This document shows positions 28,642-37,847 of a stretch of DNA of 64,000 nucleotides, piece after piece (the first letter of the stretch is position 1; each line of letters opens with the position of its first letter). Origin of the DNA: a candidate division WOR-3 bacterium (GTDB taxonomy: Bacteria > Hydrothermota > Tepidihabitantia > SM23-42 > JAOAFX01). Location: NCBI GenBank assembly GCA_037443805.1, contig JBBINQ010000009.1:1884-65883 (forward strand), written 5' to 3'. A program made the translations under genes and the position numbers. The notes under the pieces were generated by a model, which had not been told where the DNA came from, made no database searches, and worked only from the letters and a program-made list of their open reading frames with translations.

Positions 28642-31600
28642 TCATTTAAGATAAATCACCTTTTCTATCTTCTGGTAATTATCGGCCTCTAAATTCATAA
28701 AATAGACACCAGAAGATAAATCCTTGGGCACAAGCAAAACTTCATTATTACCAATCTTCGCCTTTTTCAATTTTTGTTTATCAACCAATCTACCTAATAC
28801 ATCATATAACTTGATTGTAATAGGTCGCTCATCTGGAGAATTGAAACGAATCCGTAAAAGACCCTTTGTTGGATTTGGAAATATTCTTTCAAATGAGAAT
28901 GTTTTTGAAATAAGTCCCTCTTCGCCCATTATGCCACCTGCCACTTCTCTTTCAATCTCGCAAGGAAACTCATAAAGCCCAATCTCACTGCATATAACCC
29001 GCTTGCCTTTTACTTTATTGAATTCAAGAATAATCTCACCATTCGCATAAGATTCTTTTTTTAACCAGATTGATTTCCTAACTAATTTATTTGGAGTAAT
29101 GAATATAGTATCCAAAGGTGTGCCATCAACAACCATCGCCTGAATTATCCTTCCAATCCCCTTTTCGTCAATAGGTTTCTCGTCGGTGTCATTCTGAACT
29201 ACACCCGCGTTGTCATGCCGAACTTGTTTCGGCATCTCATTTTGCTCATTATTTATGATTTGAATATTGGAATTTGTTTGGGATTTGGGATTTGGATTTT
29301 GGGATTTTTTCTCTTCAATTGCCTCCAATTGCCCCAAATTGCCTTTAATTGCTTCATTTCTGAAGTAATACGCCAAATCCAGCCGATACTCTTTTTCCTG
29401 GTCCAAACCTGTAAATCTATATCGTAAATCCTCGTAACCCCAATCCGTAGTCTCGTAAGGCTTAGTCCCAAATTTCCAATAACCATCCCTTTCAAGGGTA
29501 TATGGCGATTGGACAGGCTGACCCAAATCCACAAATATCTTTGCCACCGGGTCAACACCAAGTCTTTGAAATTTAATTGAATAGGGAATTGTATCACCCT
29601 CGGTCCAGAGACAATATAATTTTGCAGAGGCGGTATCTACCAAGGCATAGGCACTATGGGGAAATACTGAAGCAGTAGAAGTATTAGAAATATTCACTGG
29701 TGTTGTCCAGATTCCGGCAGTATCAACGAATTTGCTCAGATATATCTCCCAATTGCCCGATGAATTATCCTGCCACAGACAATAATGGGCACCAGCAAGG
29801 GTTGGAAATTTTGATTCACCAACTGTACTCGCAACTTTTTTAACTGAATCCCAACCCACATCGGTCTTCATTCTGCTATAAATATCCAAATTGCCCAGCG
29901 AATCTCTATTCTGCCAAACCGTATGTATATTTGTGCCGTAAAGGTCAATCACAGGGTATAACCTCTCATTGGTTCCTGTAGTATAAATCGTATCCACACC
30001 AAGCCAACCAGTTGAATCCTTCTCTTGATAACAGATGCACTTTTCACTCTCCCAAATTATATGCAAATTTTTTGATAAATCAAGTGTTAGTGAAGGTGTG
30101 CGACAGAAGGTATTGGTCAAAAGGGTCTCAGAAATAGCTTCATCAAAATACTCCCGATGGAATTTCAAATAAATTAAGTCGCCGGTATCTGAAGGCAACC
30201 AATAATATTGAGTAAAGACGATGTGAACCGTGTCAGTAGTATCAACCACCATTGAAGGTGGCGAAACATTTACTACCGGTATGACAATGGTATCAGGTGG
30301 TGCCCAGCTTGCAGTCCAATAAGTATAATAAATATTTGAACCATCCACCCAACTGGCACAGGGATTGCCCGCAGTATCAATTGCTAATGCAGGATACATA
30401 CCCGGACCACCAACGAGCGCTGATGCTGAAAAACTCTTGCCACTATCTGAAGAATAACTATAGTAAATACCCGCTTGAGTTAACCAGCCTTCATTGGCAT
30501 AAACAAAATCAATTTTTTTGCCTTCATTATCACTTATTATTTTATGCCCGGAATTATAGGCAGTTGCCAGAGCAAAATCCGAGGCGACAAAAAACGGCAC
30601 AATCACCGTATCCTCATTAGAAAATCCACTTTCGTTTTTGTTTGTATCAACCGCCGAGACAACATAATAATAGGTCTTACCTAAATAAAATACTGAATCA
30701 ACAAATGTTGTATCTGGCTTGAATACCAAATCAAGTGGCAGAGTATAACTCCCCGAAGTCTCTGAGCGATATACCTTATATAACTTGAGGTCACCATCCG
30801 GTGACGAACGCCAGAGCAGTGATACCTTTTGGGCAATTGAATCATAACTTGCCACAAGATTTGTGGGCACAGCCGGTGGAATATTGTCAATAAATACCGA
30901 AACTTGATTGGAAAAACCACCTTCATTGTTTAAATTGTCATAAGCGGTAGCAACATAATAATTCATCCCCTCTAAGGGCAGGGTGTCAATAAAGGTCGTC
31001 TCTGGTGCCAGAATTGTAGCATAAGGAGTCGTGCCATATTGATAAGAAGTAGCCGAGCGGTAAATCTTATATCCAACAAGGTCGTGGTCGGTATTCTGTT
31101 TCCAGGTGAGTCTTACCTTTTTTGCCGGCAACTTTCCTCCAAGAACTTCACCCTGCAAATTCTTTACTATTGCCGGGGGTGTCTTCAGGGTATCACCAAT
31201 GTATAAATAGATCTCATTATCGTGGCCATCCCAGGCATCATAGACCACCAGTCCCTGATGCATACTAATCCGATAACTATCTGAACTTCTCTCTAATAAC
31301 TTTTTAATTTGTTGACCATCGTAATAAACTGGATAATATACAGCACCCAATTGTAGCCATACTGCCTGAGTATTTTCTACCCGCCAATTCCAGACTACAA
31401 AATCAGTGGTTGAATAACCACTAACCAAAATATTATCCTGCCATCCATCATAATAATGGAGGCGCTGTAGACCGGTGCCACTATAATAATCATGCCACAT
31501 CACATCACCATTCTGTATCTCGGGCCAATAGATGCCATAATTAATATAGGGTAAAACACTCAATTGCCGACCCCCGACACCATCATAAACCCAGACCGCG

Positions 31601-33693
31601 ATCGTTAAGGTATCCTTATTCCAGGTGTATCTCATCCAGGCAGATTGTCCCTGTGACACGGAAGGCATCGCATTGATACTGCTATCCATAAAACTCGTTA
31701 AATTCCATACCCCAAAATCACCACGCAAATAGATGTCTTTGGTATATACTGCCCGACTATCCCCCAAAAACCCAATATTTTTCCGGGCATTTTTAAAACC
31801 ACGCTCAAACCAAAGCGAAATACTATTATTTCTGAAACCATTAAGATTAAAATCACCTTTCAAACTTGCCGTTTTTCCATGTTCCCAGACAATCATACTA
31901 CCATCAATATCAACATTACGACTGAAACCGTCCTTCACGGTATATTTATCAAGCAATAATAATCCTGCGCCAATCTGATAATACTGAACCCAAATTGTAT
32001 CGGGGTATCCACCGTCCCAACGAATTGTAGAATACATTACTATTCCGCAGGAATCAAAATCATATTGGTTACGGAAAAGACCCTCGGAAACGATTAGCTG
32101 GATTGAATTTCCATCCCAATACCATATGCGGTCGCCAGAAATGGCCTCCTCTCGCCAGGCAACCCGATCTTTCCAGACAATCGGCCAATTGTGAAAACCA
32201 TCGGTTGTGGTGTTGAGCCTCACGGTATTATGGGATGTAATGTTATGCAGTTTAAGATTGCTTTGCGTTGATGACAGAACCTCAACCCAGGCAATATTAT
32301 CACCATAAATATCTGGTCTAATATCCATTAAGTCGTTATCAGTTATTTTGATTACCCCGACCGTAAACTTCCAGGTATATGATGCAGGACTTTTACTACC
32401 GCTAGGCTCAAGACTCTTTCCAGCCAAATCCTTGATGCTATCTGACAACCAAACTTGAACTTCATCATGGAACCTAAATGAATCAACCTCAAGAATGAGT
32501 TTATGCAAACTGTCAACATAGGTGATGTTAGTGATAGAATAATAATATATTGTATCCACTAAACTTCTGATTTTGATATTGGTTGTATTAAGCGTTGCAG
32601 TATCCATCGCCTCTGAGAATACGCACCAGACCTCTTTCTCATCCCTGGCAATCCAACGATACCAATTATCAGGGTAGGTGTGTTTCACCCGGGGATTGAA
32701 GTTGTCAACATGAACCCGAATGGTTTCTGAATCGCACGGATTTGTGATCGGCCGGCAAATATCCCAGGCTTTGATTTTTACATAGAAATATCCGTCTTTA
32801 AATTTTGCCACCTCGATTGATTCGGCAGGCGGCTCATACCATTGCCGATTAATATGCTGCTTTGTATTCCAGTATTGATTTGCAGTATCCAAAAATGGTG
32901 CATTGGATACCCAATAATAGAAAATCCCATTCTCCCAATCAGTGCTATCATGATAAACTAATGCGTATCTGGCGGTAGCAGAATTTAATGGTAAAGAATC
33001 AAATTGATAAGAGTTTATTGCACCAGCAATAGGATTTTTTAATGTATCAAGAATCTGATACTGGATTTTATAAATGCCCATGCCTCTACCAGCATTGCCA
33101 CCCGTTGTATCAACTCTTGGGTCATAAACTCTGACGACGATATCTACTGAATCATTTAAGTTGTTTTTATCCAGGTGCGCACCACTTCCCTGGCGCTTAA
33201 AACTTACAGACTCAATAATCGGCGGAACTGTATCTAAAAATGGGCTAAGACCTGCAGAACGAAGGGGATTGAGATACTGCAACGTTGTAGCCTCTCTTTC
33301 AATTAGATGACAATGGGCTTTGGATGCAAAAATACGCCCAATAGTATCAACAAAAGCAGTGACAAAAGTTGATTCGGCGACTCTATTGGTAAGATGTAAG
33401 TAGCAGTAAATACTATCATTATCAAAAACTCCATTAGTAAAAGTATCTGTGGGATAATTATACCTCAATATCGTATCGCTCCTTAAAGAGTAAACAAGCC
33501 AGAATGAATCAGTCGGCACCGTAGTTTTAGGCATAATATCAACTCCAGTGTGGAAGCGAGTGCCTCTACTCTCACCCAGCGTAGCAATAACTTTATGTTG
33601 TTTATTGAATGGCTTCATAGGGTAATCATAGGCCACTAAAATAGTTGCAATAAAGACTCCTATTGTTAACACTAAGAAACGAATAAACCTCAT
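28642..33693 (-). CDS. Large secreted multidomain protein: M23-like peptidase, Ig-like, beta-propeller, FN3 repeats, T9SS-type CTD
   Basis: Signal peptide; RFHTGVDI (HxxxD), YLHL, HCHL (HxH); FSEAMD Ig; two YKIYRS...NE.GFSN FN3 repeats; FPNP...YDVLGR...GVYF...KVIYLK CTD. Confidence 0.75.
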   Translation of the reverse strand: MRFIRFLVLTIGVFIATILVAYDYPMKPFNKQHKVIATLGESRGTRFHTGVDIMPKTTVPTDSFWLVYSLRSDTILRYNYPTDTFTNGVFDNDSIYCYLHLTNRVAESTFVTAFVDTIGRIFASKAHCHLIEREATTLQYLNPLRSAGLSPFLDTVPPIIESVSFKRQGSGAHLDKNNLNDSVDIVVRVYDPRVDTTGGNAGRGMGIYKIQYQILDTLKNPIAGAINSYQFDSLPLNSATARYALVYHDSTDWENGIFYYWVSNAPFLDTANQYWNTKQHINRQWYEPPAESIEVAKFKDGYFYVKIKAWDICRPITNPCDSETIRVHVDNFNPRVKHTYPDNWYRWIARDEKEVWCVFSEAMDTATLNTTNIKIRSLVDTIYYYSITNITYVDSLHKLILEVDSFRFHDEVQVWLSDSIKDLAGKSLEPSGSKSPASYTWKFTVGVIKITDNDLMDIRPDIYGDNIAWVEVLSSTQSNLKLHNITSHNTVRLNTTTDGFHNWPIVWKDRVAWREEAISGDRIWYWDGNSIQLIVSEGLFRNQYDFDSCGIVMYSTIRWDGGYPDTIWVQYYQIGAGLLLLDKYTVKDGFSRNVDIDGSMIVWEHGKTASLKGDFNLNGFRNNSISLWFERGFKNARKNIGFLGDSRAVYTKDIYLRGDFGVWNLTSFMDSSINAMPSVSQGQSAWMRYTWNKDTLTIAVWVYDGVGGRQLSVLPYINYGIYWPEIQNGDVMWHDYYSGTGLQRLHYYDGWQDNILVSGYSTTDFVVWNWRVENTQAVWLQLGAVYYPVYYDGQQIKKLLERSSDSYRISMHQGLVVYDAWDGHDNEIYLYIGDTLKTPPAIVKNLQGEVLGGKLPAKKVRLTWKQNTDHDLVGYKIYRSATSYQYGTTPYATILAPETTFIDTLPLEGMNYYVATAYDNLNNEGGFSNQVSVFIDNIPPAVPTNLVASYDSIAQKVSLLWRSSPDGDLKLYKVYRSETSGSYTLPLDLVFKPDTTFVDSVFYLGKTYYYVVSAVDTNKNESGFSNEDTVIVPFFVASDFALATAYNSGHKIISDNEGKKIDFVYANEGWLTQAGIYYSYSSDSGKSFSASALVGGPGMYPALAIDTAGNPCASWVDGSNIYYTYWTASWAPPDTIVIPVVNVSPPSMVVDTTDTVHIVFTQYYWLPSDTGDLIYLKFHREYFDEAISETLLTNTFCRTPSLTLDLSKNLHIIWESEKCICYQEKDSTGWLGVDTIYTTGTNERLYPVIDLYGTNIHTVWQNRDSLGNLDIYSRMKTDVGWDSVKKVASTVGESKFPTLAGAHYCLWQDNSSGNWEIYLSKFVDTAGIWTTPVNISNTSTASVFPHSAYALVDTASAKLYCLWTEGDTIPYSIKFQRLGVDPVAKIFVDLGQPVQSPYTLERDGYWKFGTKPYETTDWGYEDLRYRFTGLDQEKEYRLDLAYYFRNEAIKGNLGQLEAIEEKKSQNPNPKSQTNSNIQIINNEQNEMPKQVRHDNAGVVQNDTDEKPIDEKGIGRIIQAMVVDGTPLDTIFITPNKLVRKSIWLKKESYANGEIILEFNKVKGKRVICSEIGLYEFPCEIEREVAGGIMGEEGLISKTFSFERIFPNPTKGLLRIRFNSPDERPITIKLYDVLGRLVDKQKLKKAKIGNNEVLLVPKDLSSGVYFMNLEADNYQKIEKVIYLK
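29187..29309. repeat. In-frame insertion of a GTCA-palindrome plus TTTGGGA-type heptamer array
   Basis: tgtcatgccgaacttgtttcggcatct at 29211-29237, partial copy tgtcattctgaac at 29187-29199, heptamers at about 29259-29309. Confidence 0.75.
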
Positions 33694-34907
33694 TGCCCAC
33701 CTCCAGCAATTTTATAGCAATAAAGGTTATTGCTATTGCTGACAATCAGATGCCTTCCATCATCAGTAAATCGTACATTAGGTGCCCTTTGCTGTTGAAT
33801 CTTTAATTCCATCTTCCAAACTATATCGCCCTTTTTATCAAAGAGATAGACAACCGAAGTATCACCGACTGGTAATTCTCTTGTGCCACCTCCATCTGCG
33901 CAAACTACAAATGCACCATTGGTGGATACATCAAGCGAATAAATTGAGCGAGTAAAGTTACTATTTATCTTTTTACCTATTTTATCAGCAGGATAACGCC
34001 ACAATAATTTACCTTCTTTAACACTGAAAAACCAAATACCTGACCAAGTAGCATAGACAGCTAAAAATTTCTCGTCGGGCGAAAATGATATAAAATGGGT
34101 TCCGGCCCCTATAGGTTTTTCCCAAAGTATATTTCCTTTTAGTGTGTAGAGAAAGAGGGTATTACCCCATTTTTTTCCGAAGCACGCGATGTAGCTACCA
34201 TGCGGCGAAATTCCTATTCCAGCGGCATGGGAATTTTCTATGCTCCTTTTCCAGATTTCTTTGCCTGTATCATCGTATAATATCACCCCAATCCCTGATA
34301 CATTTAAAGCAAAGACATTACTATTTTGAGCAACACTGATATAGGTAGACGGTCTCATATCACCATAATCAAAGATGAGTTTTCTCGTCCCGTCTAACTG
34401 CTCTAAAAATATTCTTGCATCTTCTAAAACACCGGATATAAGAAATGCTCCATTGTTCAGTAAAATACTGGGCTTGTAATTATCGGTAACCACTCGTATT
34501 GTAAGTAGATTGCCAGCTTTGTCATATACCTGAAATTCGCTCCCCTCCTGAATACGGCCATAGATTCCATAATGGTACTTACTTATTCCAATATATTCGC
34601 CATTTCTTGAAAATGATACACCATAAACCCAACTTTCATTCCAATTCAGTTGTAAACTTCTTGTGGATATTTCCTTTCTTTCTTTAGCTAAAAACTGTAC
34701 TTTATCAGCAGTAACAACCACTTGCAAAGCAGGCATACCATTTATTTCTGTAAGACTGAAGTCCGATACGGGAGATTCAAACTCCTTCTCCCACACCAAC
34801 TCCAGTTTTATTTGCGGCTCTGCCTGTGCGGAATCCTTCTCCTGGGCATAAAGCCCAAGGGTTGTTGCCATTAAGGCAATGATTGATACTAATAAAATTC
34901 GTTTCAT
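33690..34907 (-). CDS. Secreted WD40/PQQ-like beta-propeller protein
   Basis: GGAGG RBS before ATG 34907; signal peptide; repeated G..LW and FSPD.K blade motifs; ATGA overlap with the next gene. Confidence 0.75.
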   Translation of the reverse strand: MKRILLVSIIALMATTLGLYAQEKDSAQAEPQIKLELVWEKEFESPVSDFSLTEINGMPALQVVVTADKVQFLAKERKEISTRSLQLNWNESWVYGVSFSRNGEYIGISKYHYGIYGRIQEGSEFQVYDKAGNLLTIRVVTDNYKPSILLNNGAFLISGVLEDARIFLEQLDGTRKLIFDYGDMRPSTYISVAQNSNVFALNVSGIGVILYDDTGKEIWKRSIENSHAAGIGISPHGSYIACFGKKWGNTLFLYTLKGNILWEKPIGAGTHFISFSPDEKFLAVYATWSGIWFFSVKEGKLLWRYPADKIGKKINSNFTRSIYSLDVSTNGAFVVCADGGGTRELPVGDTSVVYLFDKKGDIVWKMELKIQQQRAPNVRFTDDGRHLIVSNSNNLYCYKIAGGGQ

Positions 34908-34926
34908 CTCAAACCTCCCCGTATAA

Positions 34927-35024
34927 CAAATACCTAAAGTCCAAAACACCTAAATACCTAAACCTGTCCTGAAATTGATTCAGGATACCTAAATGCCTAA
35001 AACCTGTCCCGATGAATATCGGGA
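34927..35024. repeat. Octamer array (AAATACCT) with two CCTG-initiated palindromes
   Basis: cctg-tcctgaa-attga-ttcagga at 34963-34985 and cctg-tcccgat-gaat-atcggga at 35003-35024. Confidence 0.7.
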
Positions 35025-35367
35025 ACTCTAAAAAATTATACGAAATATCCATAAAAACCAATGCTTGAAATTTTGGAATTTTAAATCTTGCATCCTCTAT
35101 TGAATCTGCATTTGCGGTGCCGGCAATGTTTATCTTTGTGAGCCAGCAGTTCTCCTGAATATTTGAAAGCCCATAGCCAAGTTAAGGCGGCACCGAGTCA
35201 CAGTTAGTGGCAATATACCAATTTCTAAAACGACTGGATAAAGAACCATCAATAGGATCAGCATAGGTAAGATAATATTTTAATAAATCTGCGCCTTCTA
35301 TTGTAACTCTCATCTCAAACATCTTGGATTTGAACCAATTGGATAGTATAAATTTTGCTTACCATCT

Positions 35368-37845
35368 TCACTTTTTTCCCTTCAGGCTATCCTGGGTGGG
35401 CTCAGTATTAGGTATTTCGGTTTCGGGCGTTACTGTAGAACCTGGCTCGCCAAGATACTTTTTACAAACATCAACATTATGCCGGGCATTGGCAAGATAT
35501 TGAGATGAAGGGAACGAATCCACAACTGCCTGAAAGTTTTTTAATGCCTTACCATATTCTTTTAAATTAAAATAAGAAGAACCTAAATTAAAATAGACTG
35601 CATCTTTTTCCTTCCCCTTGGGAAAATAGCTGAGATACCTTTCATAGAGTTCTACTGCCTTTTGCCAATTTTCTATATTTACTCCACATTCTGCAGCAAG
35701 GAGCAGGGCATCCGAAGAATAGGAAGACCCGGGGAAATTGACTACCACCTTGATAAACTCATCCATTGCCTGACTGTATTTTTTATCATCAAAATATTTT
35801 TGGGCAATCTGATATTGACCATCTGCGGCAAGCTCACTCTGGGGAAAACGTTCTACAAAATATTGCATTGCCTCTGTGGATTCAAGCCCTTTCTGGTAAT
35901 AACACATCTCCATCCCTTTTCTTGCAGCAACTGCTTCAGTAGCAGTAGGAAACAGGTCAAGGAATTTCTGAAATTCTCTTATTGCCTCATCATAGTTTTT
36001 CTGGTTGTAATAACTCTGGGCAATTGCCAGTTGTGATGAACGTGCATAATCATCATTGGGATGGTTTTCCACGACCCAGCGGAATAGACTCCTTGCCTTT
36101 TCATATTCCAGTGCTTTGAAATATGTATCGCCCGCACGGAATCCAGCCTCTGCTGACTTTTTTGCCATCGGAAAATTACTGATTAATTTTTCCCAGGACT
36201 CAATCGCATTTGCATAATATTCTAAATTGTAGTATGACATTCCGGCATAAAAAAGTGTAGGAACAGCACACCGCTCATCTTTGGGAAAGGTATTATATAA
36301 TACTTCAAATGTTTCCCGCGCCTTCATATAATTTTGCTGATTAAACTGGGCATATCCAAGACCAAGGTATATTGCCATTAGCAATGTTGAATCTTCATAA
36401 GGCACCTTGCTCATACCCGCAAAAATATCCTCTGCTTCCTTTGGTCGGCCCTGATTATATAAAGCATAAGCCAGACCGAGCCGTGCATAAGGCGATACTT
36501 CAAGACCAAAATAATCCTTGGTGACCTTTAAATATGTCTTTTCTGCTTCACTAAAATTATTCTGGTAATAATATGCCTCAGCCAGGAAATAGAGTGTACG
36601 TCCTCGCCATTCACTCTTTTCTTCAGGAAAGTCTTTTATATATTTACTCCCAAAGGTCACTGCATAATCAAAATTTTTTAAATTGTATAACGCATACAAA
36701 AGCATTGTAGCACCGGGTTCGCGCAAAGCAGAATTAGGATACCGCGATAATAGTGATTCAAAAAACTTGATGGCATTGAGATAATCTTTCTTTTGAAAAT
36801 AGATCATTCCCGTAAGATATTCACCCACACTGGCAAGTTCACCACTGGCAAACATTGTTGACAGCTGGGATGATGATGTCAATGCCTGGAGCGTATCACC
36901 ATAAGCGAGTAGTGCCTTGGTCAGTTGCAGGTTCGCATAAGAAGATATCATTGTGTTGGGATAATTTGCACGCACCCTCTGGAATGCACTCACTGCACCA
37001 AGCCCATCATTGAGATTCATCCGGCAGATACCGAGAAAGTATCCAGCATGGGCAGCAAGAAGATTATCAGAATGGCGTGTCAAAGGTAAAAGATGCTCTG
37101 CTGCACCGGCAAAATCTCCATAATGGATCAAGGATGCCGCATAAAAGAAATGGGCATAATCAATCAAGGGTGATTTGGGATAATTGGCAATAAAATCACG
37201 GAATTTGACCTTTGCGCCATCAAAATCATTATTAAAGAACAATGCCTCAGCCCTTGAAAATTCAGCAAGCACCGCAATCGGCGTATTGGGTGACTGGTCA
37301 AGAATCTCTTTGAATGCCTTTATTGATTCAAGGGGATTGCCTAAACGGGATAATGCCTTACCATAATAAAATTTTGCCTCAAGCAGTTTTAATCCTTCAA
37401 GTTTTTCCTTTGCTTCAACATAACTACCACGAAAATAATAGAGCACACCCAGGGCAAAATTTGCACGGTCTTCTTCCTGATATGCGGGATTTTTTAGCAA
37501 TCTCTGTAAAACCTGCTCTGCTTCTTTAAAATTGCCCTGTAAGATATCAATCATTCCAATCGCATAAAGACACTCTGGTTCAAGATAGGCAAGATTTTTT
37601 CTTCTCAAAATCGTCTCAAAATGCTCTTTTGCATGGTCATAATCCTTTATATTAAAATAACATTCTGCCACACGAAACCTAATTTCATCCTCAAATTCAG
37701 TCCCGCCGTATTTTTTCAGAATAACATTAAAATATTTTAGGGCATCAGTATAATTCTCCTGCAGAAATAGTCTATGGGCAATCTCATAATCAGTAACCAG
37801 TTGATTATAGTCAGTAAGGGAAATGAGTGTAATCAAAATCAGCAT
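35368..37845 (-). CDS. Long periplasmic tetratricopeptide-repeat protein (BamD/CpoB-like repeats)
   Basis: Many A..YF...Y..A...F......YP.S repeats; short signal peptide. Confidence 0.9.
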   Translation of the reverse strand: MLILITLISLTDYNQLVTDYEIAHRLFLQENYTDALKYFNVILKKYGGTEFEDEIRFRVAECYFNIKDYDHAKEHFETILRRKNLAYLEPECLYAIGMIDILQGNFKEAEQVLQRLLKNPAYQEEDRANFALGVLYYFRGSYVEAKEKLEGLKLLEAKFYYGKALSRLGNPLESIKAFKEILDQSPNTPIAVLAEFSRAEALFFNNDFDGAKVKFRDFIANYPKSPLIDYAHFFYAASLIHYGDFAGAAEHLLPLTRHSDNLLAAHAGYFLGICRMNLNDGLGAVSAFQRVRANYPNTMISSYANLQLTKALLAYGDTLQALTSSSQLSTMFASGELASVGEYLTGMIYFQKKDYLNAIKFFESLLSRYPNSALREPGATMLLYALYNLKNFDYAVTFGSKYIKDFPEEKSEWRGRTLYFLAEAYYYQNNFSEAEKTYLKVTKDYFGLEVSPYARLGLAYALYNQGRPKEAEDIFAGMSKVPYEDSTLLMAIYLGLGYAQFNQQNYMKARETFEVLYNTFPKDERCAVPTLFYAGMSYYNLEYYANAIESWEKLISNFPMAKKSAEAGFRAGDTYFKALEYEKARSLFRWVVENHPNDDYARSSQLAIAQSYYNQKNYDEAIREFQKFLDLFPTATEAVAARKGMEMCYYQKGLESTEAMQYFVERFPQSELAADGQYQIAQKYFDDKKYSQAMDEFIKVVVNFPGSSYSSDALLLAAECGVNIENWQKAVELYERYLSYFPKGKEKDAVYFNLGSSYFNLKEYGKALKNFQAVVDSFPSSQYLANARHNVDVCKKYLGEPGSTVTPETEIPNTEPTQDSLKGKK

Positions 37846-37847
37846 AA

